Source of the DNA: Octopus sinensis
Taxonomy: Eukaryota
DNA length: 64,000 nt
Direction of reading: 5' to 3'
NCBI RefSeq assembly: GCF_006345805.1
Contig: NC_042998.1
Coordinates: 192,572,001-192,636,000, forward strand
The translations under genes were made by a program, and so were the position numbers. Under the pieces are notes generated by a model that was not told the DNA's origin, ran no database searches, and worked only from the letters and a program-made list of their open reading frames with translations. How positions within the stretch are numbered: position 1 is the stretch's first letter; every line of letters starts with the position of its first letter. Positions 24,531 through 37,320 of this stretch are shown piece after piece.

Positions 24531-25090
24531 TGTTCATCTTTGGAAAGGGTGTGGTACCATGGTATTTTCATGATATGAGTAATGCTTTAATAAATCTCAT
24601 CAGTGACGTAGAGTTACTGGAAAAAGTATAATATTATTTTCATTGGGAACTTCTTTTCATCGAAAACCGGTGATTGTCGTACACCAATGACGGGTCAAGA
24701 CCCAGAAACTGCAGTCCGTGCGTATCACTTAGGTTGACGAGGGAAGGATGACCTCCCTTTGCAAATACCATAAGGGCACAGAAAGTGTGCCAAAAGCCAG
24801 CTGGAGACGATGTTCTCCTGGGGCTACAAGCTACAGTAACACCCACCCTTAATGGTTAGCCATATTGAGATGGCAAGTATACCTCACATAGTAATGCTTT
24901 AGATCTACAAGAAAAGATCCAACCCATGACAGCATGGACAATGGACATTAAATGATGATGAAGAAACCAAACGGTGGGATCAAATGTAGGACTTCAAAAT
25001 GGCAAAGTGTAATGTTTTAACCAGTTGGCCATTAATTTTATACCTAGTAACTTAGTAACATAATAGTAAATACCTGTCTTTTACCGTTTA

Positions 25091-25476
25091 TCTTCTACTT
25101 GTTTCAGTCATTTGACTGTGGCCATGCTGAGGCACCACCTTGAATTTTAGCCGAATGAATTGACACCAGTACATTTTTTTTAAACCTGGTACTTATTCTA
25201 TCAATTACTTCTGCCAAACCACTAAGTTACAGGGATGTAAACACACCAACATTGGTTCTTAAGCGGTGGTGGGTGAACAGACACAAAGACACATACATAG
25301 ATATATACATATATATATGACAGGCTTCTTTCAGTTTCCATCAACCAAATCCTCTCACAAGGCTTTGGTTGGCCTGAGGCTATAGTGGAAGACATTTGCC
25401 AAAGGTGCCACGTGGTGGGACTGAACCCGGAAATCATATATTTGGGAAGTAAACTGCTTACCATACAGCCACACCT
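25091..25476 (-). mobile_element. SINE family A, diverged
   Basis: Similarity to family A; its tail nearly matches the fragment near 23678-23770. Confidence 0.8.
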
Positions 25477-25583
25477 ATTTATATATATGTTACGTTTATA
25501 TAAAAACATAGGTACAGGATATAATTTATATTAAAAACTGAGGAATTATCTATAAGCCATTTGCTATATTGTTAAATCTACAG

Positions 25584-25674
25584 CAGCTGTTGATGTAAAG
25601 CTTCAGGTGTTACTGGCAAATTTGGTAAAATGGTTATGTCAGAGAATTCAAAATGCACTGAAAAACCATAACAG
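25584..25674 (+). CDS. Candidate internal exon (AVDVKLQVLLANLVKWLCQRIQNALKNHNR)
   Basis: NAGNAG acceptor TACAG|CAG, CAG|GTGATA donor, one open frame; no recognised homology. Confidence 0.4.
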
Positions 25675-25850
25675 GTGATAATTAAAGTATACCTAAGCTA
25701 AAATAAATATGGCAGTATTGCTTCAGCAAGATTAATAAAGGCTTTTGATAGTCTAGATATGTTTAAATGATTTCTTCTCCACCCCCACTTACGAGGGAAA
25801 TCATTTATCAAATATGCATGATGATGATTTAATATAGTTCATTCAGTGAC

Positions 25851-25886
<36 letters not shown>

Positions 25887-26176
25887 ATCTATAAAAAATT
25901 AATTAGAAACCTGCTGAAAAGTAGTAATTGAAATACTTCTTAGAAGTATTATATCTAAATATTTAATGAAAAACACCTGTTTTTAACCCTATAACACCTG
26001 TTAACAATTCTTGACTCTTCAAATATTATGCTTTTGTAGGAATAAAATATCAAAATTGAAAGCTTTGGATAAACTCTAAGGATTGCTTGAATAACATTAT
26101 TGCATGCAAGCAATTATGTTATTTGGCAGTTGTTCCAGAATTATTGACATTTGAATAATTTATATGTCTAAATAAG

Positions 26177-26214
<38 letters not shown>

Positions 26215-26302
26215 ACACAAACAGACAGACAGATCATGAGAGAGATAGAGAACTTCATACAATTTGTTTCTCTAATTTTATGGTGGGGCTACTAGTGAAC
26301 TT

Positions 26303-26582
26303 TCATCATCATCATCATCATCATCGTTTAATGTCCGCTCTCCATGCTAGCATGGGTTGGACGATTTTGACTGAGGGCTGGCGAACCAGATGGCTGCACC
26401 AGGCTCCAATCTTGATCTGGCAGAGTTTCTACAGCTGGATGCCCTTCCTAACGCCAACCACTCCGAGAATGTAGTGGGTGCTTTTTTACATGCCACCGGC
26501 ACAGGGGCTAGTCAGGCGGTACTGGCAATGACCTCGCTCGAATCTTTTTACACATGTCACCGGCACAGGTGCCAGTAAGGCG
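26303..26582 (-). mobile_element. Family C retroposon
   Basis: (CAT)n followed by the reverse complement of the conserved block. Confidence 0.85.
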
Positions 26583-26734
26583 AGGCCATCGATTACTCAG
26601 TAGAAATAGAAGCTTCACTAATTTGGTTTTGCTTGAGGAATGGACGGTCACATATTTGTGCACCAAGTTCAATCATGATCTGACCATGAAACTGAAGTAG
26701 CATATTGTATTATGTCTTCAATATCTTAGAAAGA

Positions 26735-27432
26735 TCATGTCTAAAATTGCCAAGAAGGCTGAGGTTGTCTTGGCATCACTCACCAAGTCCTTTGTGAGCT
26801 GCTCTCCGGCTATCTCTCTGCGGCTTTATATAGCTATGGTGTGACCTCACCTGGAATTTGTATCACCAGTCTGGAACCCCTATCTTGCTCAGGATATTAA
26901 TCGTCTGGAAGCCATTCAGCGACGTGCAACCAAGAGAATACCCTCCATCAGGCATTTACCATATACTGAATGCCTTACTTCCCTGGGCATGGTTACATAT
27001 TGAAACTCCGATGTCTAGCAACTGACTTGGCAGACACCCATAAAATTATTAACCATCTTACAAACAATAACTCTGAGCACCTTTTCAAATTCCATCCGTC
27101 TAACACCTGTTGACATGTTTACAAAGTCAGAAAACAGCACAGCTCCCATGACTTTCGGAAATATTTTTTTATGCTAAGAGTTGCTGAAGCATAGAACAAA
27201 CTGCCGGCATCAGTTGTTAGTTGTCGGAGCACTGCATCCTTCAAAACTTCCATGCTTTCTGAGATTCACCAACACTACACCTGATTTTTCTCCCCTCCGT
27301 ACACATGCAAGCATGTATCTGACTCATACACTGTTCACTTTCCAGACATTTGTACATTACTGCATATGCTTTATATGCACTTTTGACAAGCTGTGGTGCA
27401 CCTGAGCACTGTATACAATAATTTCATTACTA
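26735..27432 (+). mobile_element. CR1 LINE 3' fragment (pseudogenised RT C-terminus)
   Basis: LYIAMV*PHLEFVSPVWNPYL..LEAIQRRATK..YFFMLRVAEA*NKLP is a CR1-clade signature; (TAT)-rich tail. Confidence 0.85.
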
Positions 27433-28380
27433 TTATTTTATAAAATGGTACAACCCCTGGCCTTGCTAGTTCTTGTCATGCTGTTCAACCCATGCCAGCA
27501 TGGAACATGGAAATTAAATGTTGATGATGATGATGATGATGATGGAGTTCTACTCATTAAAGTAAGTATACGTATCCAGCGACATGTATAGCTGTGTCTG
27601 TGTGTGCATGTGAAGATTTTTTTTATTCGAAACATTCCTTAATCTTATATGAACTGAACATGGATAATTTAGGCTTTAAGAATAATTTGATCCTTGAAAT
27701 ATTTTATTCTATAGGACGTTAGAATGTTAGAAAGCAAACTATAAATTTAGAGTAGTGGCTGTTTTCAAGAAGAGCTGAATATAATCTTCAGGCATTGTTT
27801 TTATTCTATACTTTACATTGTTTTTATTCTTTTAAGGAAATGAATTTTATTGATTATATAATTATTACTTATAATTTTGTAACAAACACTCATAATTAAT
27901 TTTATTATTGAATATTGCATTATGTTATTTTGATTTCTTTTTCAAGGAAATATTTAATTCTCTTAGAACAAGTCATTTGCATCTGTTTAGATAAATTATT
28001 TTATTTTCTTTGTTCCAAGTACAAAATTATTGGAAAATTATTTGAATTTTGCCTTTAGTTAACAACCTTGATTATGAAGATACATCAATTTTAGCAACAG
28101 TATTACTAAATTTAGAGTAATATGCTGAATTTCTATATAATGCCTGTAGTTTTGCTCAATAAAAACTAGAGCAGAATGGATCTGGCATAATTTGGAAAGA
28201 ACTCTGCTAAGTACTAAGCAATTGACTAAATTTGTTAAGAATTGCAAAATAAGAATATTCAGAAAATATTTTAGAATGATATTGAATATAGCTTACATTT
28301 TAAAACATGGGATTTTTTTCAGTTTAAAATTCTTCTAGTAAAACAATTTATTCTAGTAAAACTATATTTTAAAATTACGT

Positions 28381-28804
28381 TTATACATTTGTTTTGCAAG
28401 ATTTTTGATGTGAAATCGTGTGTTGAAACAGATATTGTTATATTTAGGAATGGTCATTTTGCCAGTTTAGCCAATAAAAATACATGCACTAAATATTACA
28501 GGCATTCCCCCCCCCCCACACACACTAACTAAACATAGACGCACATAGGAGATATACGCATGCGCAAATGAAGACACATACAATAGAAATACAAAATGGC
28601 TGATGGTTAGTAAGGAGAGACACACAAATAAGAAAGAAGAGAGCAAAGGACCACTGGTGAGGTCACAAGAGTGTGACGAAAGAACTCTGGCCGAAATAAG
28701 ATTAGGATTAATGTAATAAATAAATAACGCTAACACCAAATATATAGTGCGTGTGTTTTTATTGGCTAAACTGGCAAAATGACCATTCCTAAATACAACA
28801 ATAT
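28381..28804 (+). mobile_element. Penelope-like terminal fragment with inverted segment
   Basis: 59-bp inverted arms at 28432-28490 and 28746-28804; related sequence at 60722-60890; hammerhead fold inside. Confidence 0.5.
28651..28690 (+). ncRNA. Minimal type-I hammerhead-like fold (A6G core)
   Basis: CCA-CTGGTGA-G-GTCAC(AAGAGT)GTGAC-GAA-AG(AA)CT-C-TGG. Confidence 0.55.
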
Positions 28805-29170
28805 ATTTTAAAATGCTAATTTAAAATAGTAAAGATTGTTTCAACTATTTTATAGGCAAATATTTATTTACATTAATCTTAATGCAAATAAATCTTTGCT
28901 ATAAGGAAGCTGCTTGACAATGAGTGAAGAAGAAAATCCATATGATGTTGAGTTGAATCGCATCAGAAATTATCTAGACACAAGTGGACTCTGAAAAAAA
29001 TGTACATAAAATGTAGAAGATAAATAGTATAGGAAAACACCTTACCTTTAACCTTTTTCACACCAACTCGCCTGAAACCGGCTCTGGCTCTGTAGTACAA
29101 ATGTCTTGTTTCATAAGTTTTGAATTAAAATCCTCCACCAAACCTTAGTTACAATTTATGTTCCTAACAC

Positions 29171-29561
29171 TGTGTGGCAAGTAGCTTGCTTACCAACCAC
29201 ATGGTTCCGGGTTCAGTCCCACTGCGTGGCACCTTGGGCAAGTGTCTTCTACTATAGCCTCGGGCCGACCAAAGCCTTGTGAGTGGATTTGATAGACGGA
29301 AACTGAAAGAAGCCCATCGTATATATGTATATATATATATATATGCGTGTGTTTGTGTGTCTGTGTTTGTCCCCCTAGCATTGCTTGACAACCGATGGTG
29401 GTTTGTTTACGTCCCCGTCACTTAGTGGTTCGGCAAAAGAGACCGATAGAATAAGTACTGGGCTTAGAAAGAATAAGTCCCGGGGTCTATTTGCTCGACT
29501 AAAGGCAGTGCTCCAGCATGGCCGCAGTCAAATGACTGAAACAAGTAAAAGAGTAAGAGTA
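29171..29561 (+). mobile_element. SINE family A, 5'-truncated
   Basis: Family A sequence, lying between two copies of a ~156-bp segment. Confidence 0.9.
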
Positions 29562-29622
29562 AGTGTCACTGAAAGTTATTGATCAAGAAGATAAATAGTA
29601 TAGGAAAAAACTTACTCTTTAA

Positions 29623-29843
29623 CCCTTTTGACACCAACTTGCCTGAAACCACCTCTGGCTCTGTAGTACAAATGTCTTGTTTCATAAGTTTTGAATTAAA
29701 ATCCTCCACCAAACCTTAGTTACAATTTATGTTCCTAACACTAGCTTAATGATAACTAAGTTATTTTACTAAGTCCTTTGTTATATTTAAAATGAATTGA
29801 AAGAAACACAGAGCATCTCAAAATAAATACAGTAACGAAAGGG
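29623..29843. mobile_element. piggyBac-like MITE (family 1)
   Basis: TTAA|CCC...GGG|TTAA; homologous to 23949-24169. Confidence 0.85.
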
Positions 29844-30482
29844 TTAAAAGAACACAGTGATGTGTATTGTTATAGAATTTAGGTGCGGAATAGTGAGGGA
29901 AGCTGTTGCTAATAGGATGATGTAATGACTGTAAGGATAGCTGTCAGATGCTGAAATCTTCAGATTGGATAGTTGTCACATAATTAATTAGTCAAATCTG
30001 AAGAAACTAGTGCTGTTCTGAATTAGTAACTAGTGAGTACAAATACTTCAAAAGTGGAATGAATTATTTTTATAAAATGACATCATAATTAGCTTATTTT
30101 CAACATTTTGTCCTGTGAAGGACATGAGCACTGTTTCTTCCTCCAGATCTTCCAAAGATAAAGGTTCACATGGATGACTAAATTGTGCAGGAATTGTTTA
30201 TTAGTGATGACTAGTATGGTAACATTATTATCAATTTCTGCAAATATAAAGAGAGGAAATATTTAGAGAGGAAAAATTACTCTAATCTTAGGATAGTTCA
30301 CCTCTAGGAAAAGGCTTGGTGAATCTGATATTGGATAGAGTTAGGGTATATGAACCCACAATTTGACACTCATCTAATATTATATTTCTATTGAGGTGCA
30401 GGTATAGCTATGTGGTTAAAAAGATTGTTCCCTAACCATGTGAGCTTGGGTTCAATCCCACTGTACAGCACATATGTGTGTG

Positions 30483-30515
<33 letters not shown>

Positions 30516-30598
30516 ATTAATTGTCAATAAACGATAAATCTGAAAGAGAAGCACAACTAAGTGGTAGAGTAGTAGAGTATTTTAGAGAATGTTAGTTA

Positions 30599-30769
30599 TG
30601 GCCTGTTCATGGTGTTACCCAGGTTTTCACATCCATAAAGCGCTTGGCTTTACACATGTCTTGTCTATAACTTCTATAGGCTACTGGCCATTAGGGTCTG
30701 ACAATGAGACATGTGTGAAGCCAAGTGCTTTATGGATGCAAAACCCTGGGTAACCCTATGAACTGGCCA
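30599..30769. mobile_element. TA-flanked palindromic MITE
   Basis: About 70-bp imperfect TIRs TGGCC(T/A)GTTCAT...; TA on both sides. Confidence 0.7.
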
Positions 30770-31357
30770 TAACTATGATTTATATATTTATATGTATATA
30801 TATGTATATGTTCAAAGGGCAAGACAAATTAGGTAGTCGGCCGTATGCTAGAATATGCTTGAATATACACATGTATTAGAATTTTCTCTGATTTTTCAGA
30901 TTTTTGTATGCTAGGCTACTGGTTTTAAATTGATGTTAATTAAATTAATATTAATTTATCTCCCTCATTATTTAAATATTAATATATATATATATATAAC
31001 TCGAAGTAAGTTAGGAGTTATAGATCCAACCCACTAAGGGATAATATTTATCCAATATACTGTTGGTATAATACCCAAATTCTTAATACACAAATGTTTT
31101 TAATTGCAATGCAATTAACTTATTTATTGTATTAAATGGGTAAAGGTAAAGAAATATTTTACCGTTAATTTATAATACAAATAAGAAAATGGAGAAACAA
31201 TTTAGTCTGTTCATCAGCTTTCGTATATTAGAACGTTGGATTATTTATTCATTTAACAAAAATGAGAACCTTAATAGCATACATAAATTGTTTGTATACT
31301 ATTATATATGAAAATATGTTGTCTATTGACTTTATTACACATGTTAGCCACCGGTAT

Positions 31358-31544
31358 ACTCTTTTACTCCTTTACTTGTTTCAGTCATTTGACTGCGGCC
31401 ATGCTTATTCTTATTCTTTGTAAGCCCAGTACTTATTCTATCAGTCTCTTTTGCTGAACCGCTAAGTGACGGGGACTTAAACACACCAGCATCGGTTGTC
31501 AAGAAATGCTAGGGGGACAAACACAGACACACAAACATATACAG

Positions 31545-31585
<41 letters not shown>

Positions 31586-31751
31586 TACGACAGGCTTCTT
31601 TCAGTTTCCGTCTACCAAATCCACTCACAAGGCATTGGTCGGCCCGGGGCTATAGCAGAAGATACTTGCCCAAGATGTCACGCTGTGGGACTGAACCTGG
31701 AACCATGTGGTTGGTTAGCAAGCTACTTACCACACAGCCACTCCTGCGCCT
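31358..31751 (-). mobile_element. SINE family A
   Basis: Near-complete copy. Confidence 0.9.
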
Positions 31752-32191
31752 AAATTTTTCTAAATTTTCTACCCTTATTATTTTCGCAGAAAAATTTTTG
31801 TAATTTCAAAGCCTTTCTGGTATGCAGTTTTAATCCTATTATTATTTGCTACTGAATGTAATTGCACTTACACGGTGGATTTGAAAATATAATGTATAAG
31901 TATGCAACACGTGTATTTTCAGTATGTTATTTGCTACATAAGCGTGCATTAATTTTAGTGACTCACTGATGAAGTACAGATGACAAATTAATTTATTTGC
32001 TCATTAATACAGAAACTCAAGTTTGAGGGTAACTAGAAAAAATTTTTTTATTTTCATTCCCTTTGAAATTGCTTTTATTTGTGGTTTGGGTTTTGACTGC
32101 CCTTTCTCTGCATGTAAGGTGTCTTGTCAAATGTCGCCTCTTTCATGTATAAATACTTAAATTGTTTGTACACTATTATATATATATATAT

Positions 32192-32586
32192 AGGCGCAGG
32201 AGTGACTGTGTGGTAAGTAGCTTGCTTACCAACCACATGGTTCTGGGTTCAGTCCCACTGCATGGCACCTTGGGCAAGTGTCTTCTACTATAGCCTCGGG
32301 CCGACCAGAGCCTTGTGAGTGGATTTAGTAGACGGAAACTGAAAGAAGCCCATCGTATATATGTATATATATATATATATGTGTGTCTGTGTTTGTCCCC
32401 CTAGCATTTCTTGACAACCGATGCTGGTGTGTTTATGTCCCTGTCACTTAGCGGTTCAGCAAAAGAGACTGATAAAATAAGTACTGGGCTTACAAAGAAT
32501 GTCCTGGGGTCGAGTTGCATGACTAAAGGCGGTGCTCCAGTATGGCCGCAGTCAAATGACTGAAACAAGTAAAAGAGTAAAAGAGT
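32192..32586 (+). mobile_element. SINE family A
   Basis: Complete copy. Confidence 0.9.
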
Positions 32587-32904
32587 ATTCTACCTTTGTC
32601 TCTAATTGACTTTAAGAAAGTTTTTGACTGGTTTCCATTATTTAAATTAAACATACATCTAGCTATAGATAAATAGCCATTAAAAGCTGTCAAGCTTAAT
32701 AGTGTGCCAAGTAGACAAATATAAAATAGACAAATTAATATAAAATAAATTAATAAGTAAAATATAGAGAAAAGAATGGCAGCGATAGTTGTGTATGAGA
32801 CAAAATACCTTGTGGTATTTGGTTGTGATCCTTTACATTCTGAATTCATTCTAGCCTTTATTAACTTGTTAAGCATGCTTTCCAAAATCAGTAAGTACCA
32901 GACA

Positions 32905-34574
32905 ATCATCATCATCATCATCATCGTTTAACGTCCGCTTTCCATGCTAGCATGGGTTGGACGATTTGACTGAGGTCTGGTGAACCAGATGGTTGCACCA
33001 GGCTTAATCTTGATCTGGCAGAGTTTCTACAGCTGGATGCCCTTCCTAACGCTAACCACTCCGAGAGTGTAGTGGGTGTTTTTACGTGCCACCGTCACGA
33101 GGGCCAGTCAGGCGGTACTAGCAACAGCCACGGTCAAATGGTGCTTTTTATGTGCCACCTGCACAGGAGCCAGTCCAGCGGCACTGGCAACGACCTCGCT
33201 TGAATGTTTTTTCACATGCCACCAGCACAAGTGCTAGTAAGGCGACACAGGTAACAATCATGCTTGAATGGTGTTTTTCACGTGCCATCAGCACGGAGGC
33301 CAGCTTGTTGCTCTGACCACGATCTCACTCGTATGGTACTCTTAGCACTCCACTAGCACGGATGCCAGTCATCGAATTTGATTGATAAGTATCATCATCA
33401 TCATTTAATGTCCGCTTTCCATGCTAGCATGGGTTGGATGATTTGACTGAGGTCTGGTGAACCAGATGGTTGCACCAGGCTTAATCTTGATCTGGCAGAG
33501 TTTCTACAGCTGGATGCCCTTCCTAACGCTAACCACTCCGAGAGTGTAGTGGGTGTTTTTACGTGCCACCGTCACGAGGGCCAGTCAGGCGGTACTAGCA
33601 ACAGCCACGGTCAAATGGTGCTTTTTATGTGCCACCTGCACAGGTACCAGTCCAGCGGCACTGGCAACAACCTCGCTTGAATGTTTTTTCACATGCCACC
33701 AGCACAAGTGCTAGTAAGGCGACACAGGTAACAATCATGCTTGAATGGTGTTTTTCACGTGCCATCAGCACGGAGGCCAGCTTGTTGCTCTGACCACGAT
33801 CTCACTCGTATGGTACTCTTAGCACTCCACTAGCACGGATGCCAGTCATCGAATTTGATTGATAAGTATCATCATCATCATTTAATGTCCGCTTTCCATG
33901 CTAGCATGGGTTGGATGATTTGACAGAGGGTTGGCGAACCAGATGGCTGCACCAGGCTTCAGTCTTGATCTGGCAGAGTTTCTACAGCTGGATGCCCTTC
34001 CTAATGCCAACCACTCTGAGAGTGTAGTGGGTGCTTTTACATGCCACTGGCAAGAGGGCCAGTCAGGCGGTACTGGCAACAGCCACGCTCAAATGGTGTT
34101 TTTTATGTGCCACTGCACAGGTGCCAGTTCAGTGGCACTAGCAACAACCTTGCTTGAATGTTTTTTCACGTGCCACCGGCACAAGTGCTAGCAAGGTAAC
34201 AAAGGTAACGATCACGCTTGAATGGTGCTTTTCATGTGCCATCAGCACGGAGGCCAGCTTGTTGCTCTGGCTATGATCTCACTCGTATGGTACTCTTAGC
34301 ACTTATGCCAGTCATCGTATTTGATTGATAAGTATCATCATCATCATTTAACGTCTGCTTTCCATGCTAGCATGGGTTGGATGATTTGACAGAGGGTTGG
34401 CGAACCAGATGGCTCCACCAGGCTCCAATCTTGATCTAGCAGAGTTTCTACAGCTGGATGCTCTTCCTAATACCAATCACTCTAAGAGTGTTTTAGGTGG
34501 TTTTACGTGCCACCAGTACGGGTGCCAGTCAGGCGGTACTGGCAACGACCTCGGTTGAGGTCGTTGCCAGTACC
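32905..34574 (-). repeat. Tandem array of family C retroposon (~3.5 units)
   Basis: GTC(C/T)GCTTTCC at 32933, 33410, 33887 and 34353 (periods 477, 477, 466); ends in an 18-bp perfect hairpin. Confidence 0.9.
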
Positions 34575-34799
34575 ACATAATAGTGTACAAACAATTTAAG
34601 TATTTATACATGAAAGAGACAACCTTTGACAAGACACCTTACATGCTAGAAAGGGCAGTCAAATCCCAAACCACGAATAAAAGCAATTTCATTTTTTTTT
34701 GTTCATAACTTTTGTTTAGTTCATATGAATACTACATTTTCTCATAACTACTGCTAATTTTGATAATCTCTAAATTTGAACAGAATTGACTAACTATAT

Positions 34800-35160
34800 A
34801 GGCGCAGGAGTGGCTGTGTGGTAAGTAGCTTGCTAACCAACCACACGGTTGCGGGTTCAGTCCCACTGCGTGGCATCTTGGGCAAGTGTCTTCTGCTATA
34901 GCCCCGGGCCGACCAATGCCTTGTGAGTGGATTTGGTAGACGGAAACTGAAAGAAGCCTGTCGTATATATGTATATGTGTGTTTGTGTGTCTGTGTTTGT
35001 CCCCCTAGCATTGCTTGACAACCGATGCTGGTGTGTTTATGTCCCCGTCACTTAGCGGTTCGGCAAAAAGAGACCGATAGAATAAGTACTAAAAGGTGGT
35101 GCTCCAGCATGGCCGCAGTCAAATGACTGAAACAAGTAAAAGAGTAAAAGAGTAAAGAGT
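34800..35160 (+). mobile_element. SINE family A (internal deletion)
   Basis: Head and tail intact. Confidence 0.9.
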
Positions 35161-35216
35161 ATATACATGGAGCGGGTGTCTCAGCATGGCTGTAATCCAA
35201 TGACTGAAATTATTAA

Positions 35217-35877
35217 CCCTTTAACTGCAAAATTATATTTCATGGTTATTCCAGTAATGCTGTTTAATATCTACAAAAGAAAAAAAAAGAAAAAACAAAA
35301 AGAATGGTATTTTCTCCAAGCCTCAGTAAACTTGTGACATATCTCTCAATAGAAAATAGTTTCAAGCTAATACCTATTTCTTTATTACCCACAAGGGGCT
35401 AAACACAGAGGGCACAAACAAGGACAGGCATAGGTATTAAGTCGATTACATCGACCCCAGTGCGTAACTGGTACTTAATTTATTGACCCCGAAAGGATGA
35501 AAGGCAAAGTCGACCTCGGCGGAATTTGAACTCAGAATGTAAAGACAGACGAAATACCTATTTCTTTATTACCCACAAGGGGCTAAACACAGAGGGCACA
35601 AACAAGGACAGGCATAGGTATTAAGTCGATTACATCGACCCCAGTGCGTAACTGGTACTTAATTTATCGACCCCGAAAGGATGAAAGGCAAAGTCGACCT
35701 CGGCGGAATTTGAACTCAGAATGTAACGGCAGACGAAATACCGCTAAGCATTTCGCCCGGCGTGTTAACGCTTCAGAATACCATTCAGCGAAAGATAGCT
35801 TGGTGTATAAAACTGTTTTCCGCAGTTAAGAGTGATGTAATTTTGAGTGGATATATCAGACTTTTGCAGTGAAAGGG
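35217..35877. mobile_element. piggyBac-like MITE (family 3) with nested SINE B
   Basis: TTAA|CCCTTT..ACTGCAAAA / TTTTGCAGTGAAAGGG|TTAA. Confidence 0.7.
35371..35775 (-). mobile_element. SINE family B, partial head plus two body units
   Basis: Two ~184-bp units joined at GACGAAATACCTATTTC. Confidence 0.9.
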
Positions 35878-36340
35878 TTAAAAGGAGATACACACACGCA
35901 TGCACGCACATGCCCTCTCTCTCTCACACACACACACGCATAAACACTTGAATCAATGCTAGCAAATTCAGGAAGATTTAAATGTAAATATTTCTACAGC
36001 TATTACAAGGCTTCTATATTTTCTTTAACAGTTGTTTAGTTCATACGAATACTACATTTCCTATGACCACTGCTGGTTTTGATAATCTCTAAAGTTGAAC
36101 AGAAGTCCTTTAAATATTGCTATAAATGGAAAATATAGATGATAGTAAACTGAAGTGTTATCTGTGTTACAATATTCCTTGTGTAAGGTTTTGAATTAAA
36201 TAAACAAAGCCATCATTATTACTCACTGACTCGCCTTGCAAGATATAGATTTAGAGTTTATGTCTTACTAACCTTTACTCCTAAAGGAACCCTCTTACCA
36301 ATGTAGGTTTTTTCCAATCTACACTGTTCATCCAGAATAG

Positions 36341-36645
36341 GTGGAGGCACACAGCCTAGTGGTTAGAGCAGCGGACTTGCGGTCGAGGGATCGCGGATTC
36401 AAATCTCAGACCGGGCGATGTGTGTGTTTATGAGCGAAACACCTAAGCTCCACATGGCTCCAGCAGAAAGTAATGGCGAAACTTCTGCTGACTCTTTCGC
36501 CACAACTTTCTCTCACTCTTTCCTCCTGCATCTTGCAGCTCACCTTCGACGGACCGGCGTCCTGTCCAGGTGGGGGAACCTATACGCCAAGAAACCGGGA
36601 AACTAGCCCTTATGAGCCAGGCATGGCTCGAGAAGGTACAAAAAA
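36341..36645 (+). mobile_element. tRNA-headed SINE family E variant
   Basis: 12-bp TSD CATCCAGAATAG; tail GGCGTCCTGTCCAGG..GAAACCGGGAAAC resembles the Deu/Nin domain (inference). Confidence 0.8.
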
Positions 36646-36863
36646 CATCCAGAATAGACATTTTATAATCACTGTGCTGTGACACACTAACACACTTATA
36701 TCGACTACATGTGGCACTTGAATGCTACATATAATTCACAGGTGAGCTATATGTTTCATTGGCAAACCAGAAAATGCCCAGATGTTCAGAAAACATGGGT
36801 ATTTATTTGTTAGCAAAGCACAGTGTATGCACTCATCTTTGTCTTAAGAAATTTTAATGTGCT

Positions 36864-37320
36864 TCATCACCATCATCACCATCATTATCACCATCACCAT
36901 CATCATCACAATCATCATCATCATCACCATCATCATCATCGTCATCACCATCACCACCTCCATCATCATTATCATCACCATCACCACCTCCATCATCATT
37001 ATCATCACCATCATCATTATCATCACCATCATCATTATATCACCATCACCATCGTCATATACCATCATCATCACAATCATCATCATCATCATCACCATCA
37101 TCAGTATCATCACCATCATCTTTATCATCATCATCATCATCACAATCATCATCATTATCATCACCATCACCACCACCATCATCAGTATCATCACCATCAT
37201 CTTTATCATCACCATCATCATAACAATCATCATCATTATCATCATCATCATCATCACCACCATCATCATCACCATCACCATCATCATCATTACCATCATC
37301 ACCATCATCATCATCATCAT
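36864..37320. repeat. Expanded (CAT/CAC/TAT)n trinucleotide repeat
   Basis: Direct reading; accounts for the poly-H/M/I/D ORFs. Confidence 0.95.

Noticed and set aside
28920-28994. Small ORF MSEEENPYDVELNRIRNYLDTSGL*
   Set aside because: 24 codons with no recognisable homology or convincing donor; cannot be supported without RNA data.
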